The position numbers were made by a program, and so were the translations under genes. A stretch of DNA of 64,000 nucleotides from Amphiscolops sp. MND2022. Taxonomy: Eukaryota. Shown here one piece after another: positions 26,901 to 38,800 of this stretch. The first letter of the stretch is position 1. Each line of letters opens with the position of its first letter. A model generated the notes under the pieces. That model was not told where the DNA came from. It was given only the letters and a program-made list of their open reading frames with translations, and did no database searches. The stretch is from contig OZ076413.1 of NCBI GenBank assembly GCA_964187785.1, positions 47,370,001 to 47,434,000 on the forward strand, written 5' to 3'.

Positions 26901-28433
26901 TAATTTTCTCAGTCGGTCTGTTTGTTCCGAGAGTTTCGGTAGAAATTTTGCCATATATTGTATAGCACCGAGAAACGATTTCAGGTCTTTTGTGTTTTCC
27001 GGTAGTTTTAGTTTTAATATTGCTTCCACTTTCTCGTCGTTCGGTTTTATTCCGTTTTCATTTATTTCGTGTCCGAGCCATTTTGTTTCCTTCATGAAGA
27101 ATTCGGATTTCTTTTTACTTGCCCGGTATCCAGCTTTTTCTAGTTTATCCAGGACGTCAAATAGTTTCTTTTCATGATCTTGTTTACTTCCCCGTGTTAC
27201 TATTATTATGTCGTCTAACCATGCCGGTGTACAATATTCAAGGGTTCGGTCTATTTTTTCCTGGAAGATTGTGGGTATGTCGGCGAGACCGTAAAACCCT
27301 TTTTTAAATCGGTAATATCCGCTGAAGTTTCCTCCGGTTAGTGCGAATACGCATTGTCGGCTTGTCTCTTCTGATAATTTCATTTGTCCGTATGCGTAGT
27401 CTAAGTCAATCTTTGACATGAATAATTGTGCTGTCCGGTCGCGTGTAATTTCCACCGAAATTTGATTTAACAATTCTTCCACATTCGGCATATGGGGTCT
27501 CATTTTTATGCAGCTGTCGTTTAGTTTCCGTGAATCAAGTGCTATTTTTACCGATTTGTCGCTTTTCACTGTGATCACTACCGGTGATACAAAACAGTCT
27601 TCGTCTACATCATTTATTTTTTCTAGGTGTCCGGTTCGGATTAATTTCTTCAATTCTCTTTCGACGTCTTCTTGTAGATGTAGTGGTACCGGTCTTGCTT
27701 TTTGTTTAATTGGGTAGTGTCCCGGTTTGAGCTGGATATTTATTTCGGTGTCTTTTATTGTTTCGTTGTTTTCAAATAGGCCTTGGAATTTTCCGAATAT
27801 TTCCTCTCTTTCTGATTGGTTGCTTTCAGCCAATTGTATTCTTCCGATAGTTAGTTTGAAAGTTTTCATCCAGTCCATACCTAATAAAGGTGTGATGTCG
27901 GTTCTTTCGGTTATTAAATATTCCATTTTCTGTTTGTTTTTCTCGTATTCGATATTTACCGGAATTTTTCTCCGGAATTTTACTTCTTTCTTGTTGACAT
28001 CTTGGTATCGGTTAGATACTTTTTGTAGTTCGGTTGTTTTCATTATTCGTTTATCCGGAGGCATTATTGATATTGGGGACCCGGTGTCGATTATGAATTC
28101 TTTTATTACTCCGTTGATTTTCAGGTTTGCGGTGTAGTGTTTGTTTGTTTCTTCGATTTTCTTTATTTTTTTTATGTGGTGTATGCTTTCTTCTGACTCG
28201 CATGATGATTCGTTCGGTTCGTTCATTTCATCTTCGGTTAGTCTTTTAACTGTTCGGTTGTTGTTGAATTTCTGTCTGCATGCTTTCGCGTAGTGTCCTT
28301 TCTTTCCGCATTTGTTACAGTTCGCGTCTGTTGCAGGACATTTGTGTAGCGGTGTCCAGTTTGGAGCATTACAAACTCTGCACGGTCGGTTACTGAAGTT
28401 TTTGCTTTTCGGTCTTGTTCCGAATCTTTCCAT
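23955..28433 (-). pseudogene. pol: Gag C-terminus/Pol copy 2 (zinc knuckles-PR-RT-RH-IN), disrupted in the integrase
   Basis: 1124-aa ORF 25059-28433 with CNKCGKKGHYAKAC, IIDTGSP and WLDD. TGG>TAG stop at 25059; integrase fragments continue to 23955. Confidence 0.9.
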
Positions 28434-28480
28434 TCTTTGTATTGGTTCTTCTTTTATTATGTGTTTCTCTTTCGTTGAGA

Positions 28481-29089
28481 TCAGAGCTTCCGGGATTGTG
28501 TTCTTTTTGTTTTTTTTTCATACGTGTTCTGTTTCATCAATTCGATTATCTTCTCCATTTCCAGAGCTTTTTCCTTCATTATTTTGTCCCGTAATTTTCT
28601 ATCGGTGATTGCTGTCATGTATTTCGATATTAGTAATTCTTCAGCCGAGATCGTGTTGAAGTTACATTCTTTTTCAATTTCGATTAGCCGCCTCCAAAAT
28701 TCTTCCGGTGTTTTTTCTTCGGTCTGTTTTGCCCAGAAGAAATCTCCTCGGTTGTGGTAAGTGTTCCTTTTCGGCATGTAGAACTCGGTAAATAACCGGA
28801 TTAGGTCTTTTATTTTTATACTGTCGGGTTCCGTTTTATATTCGGCCCTTGTTATCTGATAGAGTGCTTCCGGTCCCACACCCCATATGAAGTCTTCTTG
28901 TACGGCTTGTTCTTTGCCGGTCCATCCGGTATCCGTGATCTCTTCACCTTTTAGTAATGGTGCGATATCTATTTTATGTTCCAGTTCGCAAAATTGCCGG
29001 AATCGCTCTAGCCATTGTTTCGGTGTGAAAACCGGGTTTCCGTCGGTAGCTTTTGCTTCTAGGTTTGGTACTGTGTTTCGTTCTGCCAT
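28481..29089 (-). CDS. gag: Gag N-terminal part, separated from the downstream ORF by a frameshift in an A-run near 28515
   Basis: First ORF after the PBS; Gag-like FFWAKQ...EEFWRRL...ECNF; the shifted frame (NKKNTIPEAL...) runs into the 28433 ORF. Confidence 0.85.
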   Translation of the reverse strand: MAERNTVPNLEAKATDGNPVFTPKQWLERFRQFCELEHKIDIAPLLKGEEITDTGWTGKEQAVQEDFIWGVGPEALYQITRAEYKTEPDSIKIKDLIRLFTEFYMPKRNTYHNRGDFFWAKQTEEKTPEEFWRRLIEIEKECNFNTISAEELLISKYMTAITDRKLRDKIMKEKALEMEKIIELMKQNTYEKKTKRTQSRKL

Positions 29090-29126
29090 CTTGTTGGAAG
29101 TTCGTTGTAATTTTTTGTTAAAAATT

Positions 29127-29140
29127 GGCTGACTGCGCCA
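29127..29140 (-). other. Primer-binding site (PBS), tRNA-Ser-like
   Basis: Minus strand TGGCGCAGTCAGCC directly abuts the 5' LTR. Confidence 0.8.
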
Positions 29141-29344
29141 TGTTATATTTCTAAGCTAGGTTAATATAGGACAAGATGATAAAATATAAAGTGTATTCAG
29201 TACGACTGTTCCGTAACAAAAGTATATACTAAATGTATATAAATTGTATTCTAATTTCAAGTTTGTATGTAAACAACTTGTATGGTTGTCTAAAGAGTCT
29301 AGACCGAAGCTCGGTAAAGGTCATTCGGAATCAACCGTATTACA
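29141..29344 (-). repeat. 5' LTR (204 bp)
   Basis: TGT...ACA termini; direct repeat of 19823-20026. Confidence 0.95.
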
Positions 29345-30345
29345 GTAAATGTCGCGCTTCATTTCGTGCTTTGAACAACGGAGAATTTAGTTGAATAAAG
29401 TTTATATGTTATAAATAAGCACCGTTTTCTTCAAACGCAGTTTGCAAACTTGTAATGTTGTATGGAGTCTTCATCAACCAAAGTTCAACATGACTGGAAG
29501 AACTATCAGGTTTTGACCGACTCTCCCCATTAATTTTAAAGATTCGATATGTTTTTTTTCGAAATGCGAAAATTCAAAAATAAATATCAAAAAGCTGAAA
29601 TGACTGGAAGATTCTGGCGATTCCATCGAAAGTTTCGTGATGTTTCGTTAGAGATAGAAAAGTAATGCATGCTACATAAAGAAAAAGTTGTCAAAATTTA
29701 TATCCCAGAGTTATTCAGAAAACAACGCATCACCTGGAAATAGGAGATTTGTTGATTTTATGAGAAACAAAGGTCGGTTTTTCCTGCATATAAATGAATT
29801 CATAAACGAAATCGTCATTAAAACTAAATTTGTATTTGATTATTCATCATATCGATTTTTAAAATAATATGATTACATAACTTTCAATTACTTCTTTTTC
29901 TATTTACTTATTGACAAGGAAAAGAAGTTAATTTCTACAAGTCCGCACATTGATCGATTTTTCAATATCTATTTTTCGATATCTTTGTTTGTATAATGTA
30001 ATTTAAAATTAAACGAATCATCAGGACTAAAACAGTTTGTAATTACCCCAGTGTAAAGGAGAGCGTCCAACAGAAAAAAATAGCTTTCCATATTTTCGAC
30101 CAACTCATGAAAAGCATGTTAAATATGCAAATAAAAAAATTTCTATCGTTTCATCATGTTGGTGAAATTGCAACTGTCAATTTATGAAAAGTTTCTAACA
30201 TGGCTAGCAGTCACTATCACTAGGTCACTTGAGCCGATATCATGATTGTATCTATGCGAAGAGCCCCGCGAAAAACGTTTGGGGCCTTAAAACTGACGAA
30301 ACATTGCGTTTGCCCAATTATCTTGCTTCTGGATTTTTGGCTCTG

Positions 30346-30520
30346 GAATCAATCAGCTTGACAAGAAGTGCACTGATGATTCGCAAGTTTCCCACAGTCA
30401 ATCACTTAATAATGTGAGAGCTCCCTAGTTGAATCAATCAGCTTAACAAGAAGTGCACTGATGATTCGCAAGTTTCCCACAGTCAATCACTTAATAATGT
30501 GAGAGCTCCCTAGTTGAATC
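30346..30520. repeat. 85-bp tandem duplication
   Basis: Two copies with one mismatch, bounded by GAATC at 30346, 30431 and 30516. Confidence 0.95.
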
Positions 30521-32423
30521 TGCTGTGTAAACTAAAAAGCTCAAGCAGTTTCAACAAGGGTTAGCGTAAGAAGTTAGGCAAAAACGTTATTCTAACCTTG
30601 AAACGAGAAGACATGGTTCGAGTTAATTTCGAGGGTGCTCGGTTCTGAAACAAACAAAAACAAGTTAGTTACTGAAGATTATGTTCTGAAAATATACCAT
30701 GATTTTAATTGAGCGGTCAGTCAAGTTTTCAAACCAACAGTACGTCAAAATGAATTCAAAGTTTGTTGATATTTAATAGAACAATTGAGAATTAGGTAAA
30801 TATTTGAAAAAAACAGGAAAAAGTGCATGTTACTTTTTGGGTACATTAAATGCATTTTGAAAGTCATAGGATTTCAAAGATGGAACAATATGGATGCATA
30901 CAAGTATTTTATACCCTAAACGTAAATAGATTTGCTTGGAAGTGTGCGAAAAAGTCGGCGCATTGCAACATTTTTTGAAGATGCTTTGAATAATCCGATC
31001 AGACTACACCAAAGTCAACCCTCTCCAACATTTTCGACACTGGGAGACTGGAACGGTTTGGTCTTCATCTTATATTTTTGGAACTTTTGTTCGTTATCTC
31101 AATTCTGCAGCACGATATGTTACCAATAAGCTCAAGAAATCAGAAACACGTCGGCAACGTCTCAAGCGGCGCCACCTTAATGCTCAAAAAAGCAGTTTTA
31201 ATTTACTTCGGAGATAACGTCAAAACTTCGGATATTGCGTGCTGGGCCACGACGGCGGCCGCAGGGTTGTGGATTCTAAAAGTGGACCATTCAGAGTGAG
31301 ATTGACATGTGAGAAAAACACTTGCCATTGTAATAATCTGGCACATTTTAAAACATATTTCATCTAAGAGCAAAATATTGGAACAAACTTGCGTTTATGC
31401 AGAATTTTTTCGTAGTATTAGCATTAAAAAACACTGAACTCCCTAATTAAAATTGACATCAATTAGTTTCCTTCAAAAAGGCAGTGCAATTAATAACAGG
31501 CCAATTCATGCATCAATTAAAATCAATTATATAATTGATCAATACATATACATCCGAGATCTATCCAACTCCTATGAGCAATAGGTTCTTTCTGTGTTCT
31601 GCCCGTGCCGGTCTTAACCCCCCATTAACGATGGACGTCAAATATAGACCTGGCCAGCTTCGCAACAACCCAACCCTGTGTGACCTACTGTGTGGAAGTC
31701 TACATGCAAAATGACCCTGCAAATCACAGCTGAATCGAAAATCAAAACAAGAATCAGTTTCATATATCTCAAAGATTTATTTGATTGGAATTGATTTCTT
31801 TTCAATTAGTGCTACTAATGATAATGTCTGATGGATGTAATATTTAAAATTTCGTCAAATTATACAAACGATGTAACTTTTCTAAGAATTTTCCAATGAA
31901 GATGTTCATTTTTATTCAAATGAAAATGTTTATCAGAATTATAAAATTTATTAAAGCGGTAATCTCGCCAGCATTTTTTCTTATCTTCCGATTGTTCTAT
32001 TTCTTTTGCTATTTAATTTGAGACAAAGGTATTATTTTCTTTTTCGCACTCAAGTTTGGTTTTTGAAACTACGTATCTATCCACACACCAGCCATCACAG
32101 GTTCTACGCTGTATGCATTGCATTTTATATCATTTTTGACCAGCATTTCAACAAAAATGTGCAAAATATCGCCTAGCATACAACTTTTTCATGTGAAAAA
32201 TTACCGAAAGATTTTGAAAGAATTGAATATTCGAAGTTAAAAGGGGCTTTTACTAAAATTTGAAAAGGGCAATTTTGTTATCTGTGTACAGACACGCTTA
32301 TTCGAATTAGGAAACAGAGTGCTGGAAAAACGTATTATAGCTGCCCAGCGAAACGAATCCTCACGATAGAAGTCAATACTAATTCGAAGAGCAACTCCTG
32401 TAATCTCAGAAACACATCAAGGA

Positions 32424-33029
32424 TTAAACTGAAGCATTGGATCTGTCATGGACTTGACGGCTTGATTGACCAATTGGCCGGTTTCCATCATGTTGTTCAT
32501 TTCTACAGTCGGCCTTGACACTTGGAATTCGCTGTTCTTCGGCATTTACTTCCGGTCTCTCAACTGGGACTTCCCATCCCCTTCTGGTCTCTCGGCCTGA
32601 TCCGGCCATAATGACATTCTGTATTTGAGGCAATACTTGACTACTAATAGCTTCATTAATGGCCCTTTGGATCAGCGTATCGACATTACTCATCATTTCA
32701 TCCATCTCACGGGATATCCTAGAGTTCAGTTCGCTAGACAACCTGTTTATCTCAGCTAGTGAGTTTGCTTCAGCTGAGTTTTGGCCAAGATCGGCACTTG
32801 TCCTAGGTTCATCATTTCTACAATTTGAAAACAAGCTTTCGCCTTCGTTGTCTAAATTATTGCTCATGATACTTTCTCTCCTTCTAACGGGGTTACTTTC
32901 TAAACTCCTTTCTCTTTCAGTTCCATTGTAACGATCGCCTCCTAACATTATGTCTAGATTTTCGATATCAGAAAGAATCTCTAGCCCTCTAGACTTTCTA
33001 GTCTTCTTTTGTTTTCTTGTAGTAGGCAT
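32424..33029 (-). CDS. LTR-borne copy of the Gag N-terminus (195 codons) that reads a few codons into flanking DNA
   Basis: Identical to the first 195 aa of ORF 45622-47334; ends RSNASV* in the flank. Confidence 0.6.
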   Translation of the reverse strand: MPTTRKQKKTRKSRGLEILSDIENLDIMLGGDRYNGTERERSLESNPVRRRESIMSNNLDNEGESLFSNCRNDEPRTSADLGQNSAEANSLAEINRLSSELNSRISREMDEMMSNVDTLIQRAINEAISSQVLPQIQNVIMAGSGRETRRGWEVPVERPEVNAEEQRIPSVKADCRNEQHDGNRPIGQSSRQVHDRSNASV

Positions 33030-34174
33030 AAGGAAAACTTCGAGTATAAAATTGAATTAGATTATATCTCGAAAATAACAGTGAAACCGTTTGTACTAAT
33101 ATGATAGTCTTTTTCAGAAGAGAGTAAATTAAGAAGTGTCTCCTCTCTCAAAGGCACAGGTATTTATACCCCCGAAAGAGTGACACTCACATTTTTCACA
33201 TTCTTTGACTAAGACAATATCATATGACTGCATTTCTGATGGTCACGGGATGAACGTCATCCGTTCCAAATATTACACATCAAAGGAACAAACATTCAAC
33301 CGCTAGCATCGTTTACATATTTGACAAAATACTTCCATCGAACAGGTATTTGTTGATACAGGTACGCGTTCTTTAGCACGTGACAGCACAACAAACTTGT
33401 TTGATCTAAATACTTATCGTAGGTACAATGGCAAAAGGCCTGTTAAGGCAATAACATCAAATTTCATGCAACAGGGTTATATTAAAGCAGAATCGGGCAA
33501 CTATTTGTTAGTAACACAACAAAGTACTAAATAGCGCTTCAAATTGGTATTTCGTGATCAACAAAGCTTACTACTGAATAAATACTACTACATGAAATTA
33601 GCATCAATTACAAGCACTTCACTCATTGGAGACTAAATAGCCGGATTAGGCCGTTTGCCTGAACGGCATTAATAGCACACTCGTCCATATTGTACAAAGG
33701 CCGTAATTGGCAAAAGAGAATAAAGCACTCGAAGATGAAGGCCTCTGATTGGCTAATTGGTTGAGCGCAAGCGACGTTGGCAAGAAAGTACAGGAGTCCA
33801 TTTGAACTCGTTTCCGTACTTTCTCTTAGTTGCTTGCTATAATCTTTGATTATTACTACATTGCATTGATAATACAACAATACAGCACAATCTATGTTAA
33901 CAGACTAATATACAGTTGACATTCAAAACTAAGGTTGACTATAAATAATCAACAAGTGCAGTGATTCTAAATTTTGGTAACAAGGGAATACGTCCCAGTA
34001 CGGCCCTTTTTGGCTATTTTCTAAAGTAATATGGCAACAAAATACATAAGCAACGTAAAAGTTTGAGAGAAAGTTTTAGTTTACTTTAATAGGTAGGGAG
34101 AGTTCCTGGGGCCACATCCTGACCAAAAGCCGTCGTTGTAATCCTTGTGCCGTCACAGGCGGCAGCCTGCGACA
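32444..34174 (-). repeat. 3' LTR (1731 bp)
   Basis: Direct repeat of 46749-48479. I found only three substitutions by eye (~33249, 33961, ~34127). Confidence 0.97.
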
Positions 34175-34856
34175 CAGCGGGTGCAATGAAAAGAAGACTG
34201 CCTGCATTAAGACCATTGATGTAGGCTTCTTTCCTGAGAGCCGTGATGTAAGCGGGCTCGCTCCTTGGAGTTGAGACTTCCATATATCTGTTTATCTTCA
34301 TGGATTTTATTTCGTCCACAGATTTTCCACAAACCATGCAGCTTGTGCACCTTTGGGAGCTGATATCAGTGTAAGGTAACGCGTTTTGTATGTGGTAAGA
34401 AGCATGAAATCCACTACTTTCGGGTTGTATCACCGGCGTATCCATAGACGGCCCTCTCTCATGAGCGGGGGGCGAGAGCGGCGACTCCAACACAGGCAAA
34501 ATCGTCTTGCATAATTCTATTCTTCTCTTCGTGTTGCCTCTAGGCGGAGCATAGCATAGTTGTTCGTCGAAGTAGGTTTTGTCCAGCTTCGGTGTAGTTT
34601 GTACGTCTGAAGGCACAAAGCTAGGACCAGGTTCGTCGCTCGCTGTCGTCATCCTTCTGCCGGCTATGGTAATTGGCTCAGCTTGGACTTGAGTTTCAAT
34701 CCTCCTCACCATCTCTTCTGTGTACGTAGACCAGTCTGAGTCCCATCCGTCAGAGGTTTCTTCATCACTGCTGATGTAGATTACAGAGTCTCTCGATGAG
34801 TCAGAGCTGAATTCCAAAGAACCAAAGAGTTTTCTCGCTTTATTGAATCTTTCCAT
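34086..34856 (-). CDS. Accessory ORF X, 256 aa, unknown function (SIM-like/acidic motif, CxxCxxC)
   Basis: Intact ORF containing VIYISSDEETSD and CTSCMVC; last 89 nt lie in the 3' LTR; homologous peptide SAGTFLLMPGGVSQAATCD at ~5624-5680. Confidence 0.75.
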   Translation of the reverse strand: MERFNKARKLFGSLEFSSDSSRDSVIYISSDEETSDGWDSDWSTYTEEMVRRIETQVQAEPITIAGRRMTTASDEPGPSFVPSDVQTTPKLDKTYFDEQLCYAPPRGNTKRRIELCKTILPVLESPLSPPAHERGPSMDTPVIQPESSGFHASYHIQNALPYTDISSQRCTSCMVCGKSVDEIKSMKINRYMEVSTPRSEPAYITALRKEAYINGLNAGSLLFIAPAVSQAAACDGTRITTTAFGQDVAPGTLPTY

Positions 34857-35899
34857 TATCAGTTTTTTCGCAATTTTGGAGATTTGCTAGTCAACTTGTC
34901 GTGAGCGAGTTTGAAATCAGAATGAGCTTGTTGCCTCCTCAAATTCCGAATCGGGCCCTCTCCCGAAGTTCCCAATTTAGCGGGAGAATCTCAGGTTGAT
35001 TGCCCCGATTCATCGTAAACATTCCTGAATGGAATTCCTAAACGGGGTTGGCGGCCTCGATTAAGTAGGTGTTTGCTCTTCATACTAGCCATCATCAAAG
35101 TAGGTATAAGCAGCACTTAATTTGTTGATATCAAATATCTTCTCTTCAAGTGGGTAATTAACGGCTTGCTTCGGATCAATTAATAACACGCGCCGCTAAA
35201 TTCTTTCAACATGGCTTCAGCCAATCAGAGTTAAGCTCTGATAAAATGAAAAATTAAATAATAAAATGGCGAAAATAATGAACCAAAATAATTCAAAATG
35301 GCGGATTTTTAACTAAGAATAACTAAAATAACTGAATGAAACGATGGAGTGCAACTGGTCAAACGGCCGGAATCGGCAACTAACTAAGTAGACTATAAAT
35401 AACAAAGTTCTTTGTACATTTCGCTGGCAGACTCCATGTACATAATAAATATGTAAATAACTAAATAATATTAGTCTGATAAACTTCCTTCAGCCACGAA
35501 CTCCAACTTCTAATTCCATTAACCCATTTCAATTCCGATTCAATTCCAATTATTTTACTTTGTCTTCTTCGTCTGATATCCTTTACCGGACAATTTTCTC
35601 CACTCTTCTTAATCTCTTCAACAGCGCCCTTCTTCTTCTTTGAATTATTCCTGGGACTTGTCCTTGGTCCGAGTTCGGCCAGATTCCACACCTTCTGAGC
35701 TTGATTGGTTCGACAGTAAAAGGCAAAACAGGACGGAATGTCTTCAGTTGAAGGTTGGTTTGCTTTGGTTTTGAACTTAATTTAACTTGATCAGGGCTAA
35801 ATTTGTTCACAAGATGCTTCCTGTATCCATCAGTAAACACGTGATAACACGTTTTGTTCAATTTTCAAGGTACTTCCGGAAGTTTTCTAATGCGGTAGA
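34857..35899. promoter_or_regulatory. Putative bidirectional internal promoter
   Basis: Lies between two divergent ORFs; AGCCAATCAG (~35219), two AAAATGGCG YY1-like motifs (~35263, ~35295), TATAAATA at 35394-35401. Confidence 0.5.
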
Positions 35900-38800
35900 A
35901 TGGATTTCTTTCAAGGAAGCTTACCGCCAAATTTCATCTCTTTCTGTTTAGAACAACAGAACGTCGACGAACCACAACTTCAAAGCATTGCCACAACTGG
36001 TAATTCCACTGCGCTTCCTCAACGTCCTTTACCCATCTCAATGCCCAGCAGTACGCCCTCTCCACCTCCGTTTCCTCCAATAAGAACATTCCTCGGCCAA
36101 GCGCAACAGTTGACTGCTGACTCTCCTTTCAGCAATGAAAGTAACGTTGATGTCACAGCGTATGCAGACGAGATGGTCCAACGTATGGAAGTCTCACAGG
36201 CGTTGACTGACACAAATCCTGCCGATCCTAGGGAAGAAGAGCCGTCTCCGGCACAAGGCCCAGTTGTCCCAGACGTGGGTCACGTCCCTATTCAAGTGAG
36301 AACCAGCACCCCAACACCCTCGGAACAGCCCGGAACAGAAGTTACTAGCGTTTCACAACTTGAGTCCTCACTGTCGGTAGCGCCACAGTCGCAGTCTGGT
36401 TTCCCTGAGCTGCAACTTGTCCAGAATCGCAGCCACGATACATCTGCAGTTTCTTTCCTGCAGTCAGATGATGAAGCCTCATCTTCTGTTCATGAGCCTC
36501 CTCCACTCCCCGGCGGAACAGGACGTTTCACCATTCCAGGGGACCACAGTGACACCACTCAGGCTGTTGATACTACCAGTCAGTCTGAAATTCCCCTCTT
36601 GTACGCGGGCGTCCCTTTCGGAACTGGGTCAACATCAGAGGCTCAAGAAGACTCAGAATCGGAAATACACGATCCAGGACCACCAGGAACTTCTCGGTTT
36701 GATCCCCAGCCACAAGAAGAAGTTCTGCGAGATTTGTCAGGACGCAGCAGGGCCACTCTCAAACAGTATTTTGAGGCCGAAGACCCCTACACGTTCCCAG
36801 TTGGACAGAGGGTTGTAGCCTTCACAGAGCCGCAGGTCTATCACCTGCTTCGGGTCCTCACTGATGAAGCCATCAGTATGACTTGTTCCACCATGGAGAG
36901 AATGGTAATCGGAGCAGTAAAAGGAACTCCCGTGACTGCCCCTTCACGGACTGAGAAGTTTCGGACGCGAACCCGAGCTCCTTCCTCAGGATCCAATCGT
37001 CAAACTGGGTCCAGTTCCGACGAGCTTTCTGTCGATCTTGGATCTCAGCCCAGTCCGCAACTTGACTTGAGCACACTTCAGGATGTCAGTGGTCTCTCCT
37101 ATTTCGAAGATAGTGACAGTTCCATGGAAAGGCTCTTGATTGACAGAGTTTACAATAAACCTGCTTCTGAAAATCTCTCTACAGCCCCACAACCAGGGCT
37201 GTCACTCGACATGACTGAGGGAGAGGCTGAACTACAGGAGAAGAGCAGTCTGGACTGTACTTTGTCTGAGCTTCGCGGTCAATCTTCTGCACAGAAGTCT
37301 CGTCGGGCAGTTGTCTCAGCCAGGAAAAGCAAGAGTAAGAGGATGCCAAGGCGGGGTGTGCCTATGCGTGAGGAATTTTTCTCCAAGATCGCATGGACAA
37401 GATCCTTTATTTCTGGCCCGGCAGACCCGCTACATAATCCTTACATGGTGTGGTGCCACATGTGCAAGAAAAATTTTAGCATAAGGACTAAAGGCACTGT
37501 GGAAATCTTGCGTCACCACAGGACTGAGAAACACCTTCGCCGAGACCAGAGGTGGCGGTTCGAGCACCTCAAGACGGTTGATGACGTTACAGGGAAAGTC
37601 CAGCACCGAGTTCGAGGAAGGGATGGCAAAATCCTCAGTAAATCTGACCTTGCGCAAGAGCTTCCCAAATTCATTCACACAGAACTTATTGACGTTGGCG
37701 AAAGACATCCCTTTTACGAGGATTACTTGAAAGGACACTCTTCAGCTCCTGTAACACCTCAATCGCGATTGCAGGCCCAGATTTGCCTCTTGGGAGATTT
37801 CGTCCAGGACTCAGGCAACATAGCTATCCTCCGCAGGTTGTGGGCTAGAGCAGGGAGCTATACTGGATTCCAGTCGGTCTTCCAGGATTTTGACTGGAGC
37901 GAAGACCACATCATGGTAAGTTCACTCGTTTGTTTCATCATAGAATCATTCGTAGCGTAAAGGTAGCTTGTAATGGTAAAGCCGTATGGTCATCCGAATT
38001 TCGTTCCGTTTCAGGCCATTTTCCAACACGTCTTCAACTGCATGATGGAAGACGTGGCAGAGCAAGTCATCGCTTCCCAACACTATGGGATTGAGTTCGA
38101 GAAGAGAGGGGCCAATCGCTTGATGTCTCTCCGATTTTGGAAAGGTGCAAAACTTTGTCGCATCTTCGTCTGTCGAAGTGGACTTTCTGGTGTCGGGCTC
38201 ACTGAGGAGATGGGCTCCCTATCACGATTGTTGTCTGCCATTTCTACCGCTCCCGATGTGGTCGCGATATCCGGATGTGCCGTTGACCTGATAAGGACAG
38301 TGGACCAGCATCCCTCTTACCCACGTGGGATCCAAAGTTGCTTCCGGTTTGAGTCGCTCGACTTGAGGGCTTTGATGCACAAGGTAAACTACAGCGTCTT
38401 CGGGCATATAGACATGTTCTCTGTCCTTCAATGTCTTCTGGTCTCGCTTGGAGGTTGCTTGTCTGAGGACTGGGTCACCGATTCGACTGAACTTGCCCGA
38501 GTAAGTCTATTTTGCAAATTTGTTCTGCATAATATTGGTGAAGGTCGGAGGTAGTCACTGACAGTTAGGGCTCCCATTTTAAATCGTTTTGTTTAGGCTA
38601 TCACGACTTGCACGCTGGAAATAGCCAAAATACCTGATTTGTGCCGCGATCTGTTGAAGAAGTGGAAGTCGATCCTGCGCTACTTCACTGTGCATTCACG
38701 CCGACAAGAGAATCAAGGGGTCCACAACAAGGTTGTAGTTCACAAAATCATCTGTCTTTTTAGAAAGAGTTCTAGTGAACGTTCCTTTTCATAAGCATAG

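Larger units (their letters stand above)
19823..29344 (-). mobile_element. Ty3/Gypsy LTR retrotransposon (Mag-like), defective, with an internal pol duplication
   Basis: 204-bp LTRs at 19823-20026 and 29141-29344; PBS; PPT; gag with two CCHC-type knuckles; PR-RT-RH-IN order; imperfect TSD GTAAC/GTAAA. Confidence 0.95.

Noticed and set aside
28505..28520. Programmed frameshift in Mag-like gag
   Set aside because: It lies upstream of the zinc knuckles in a homopolymer run of an already defective element; more likely a 1-bp deletion or sequencing error.
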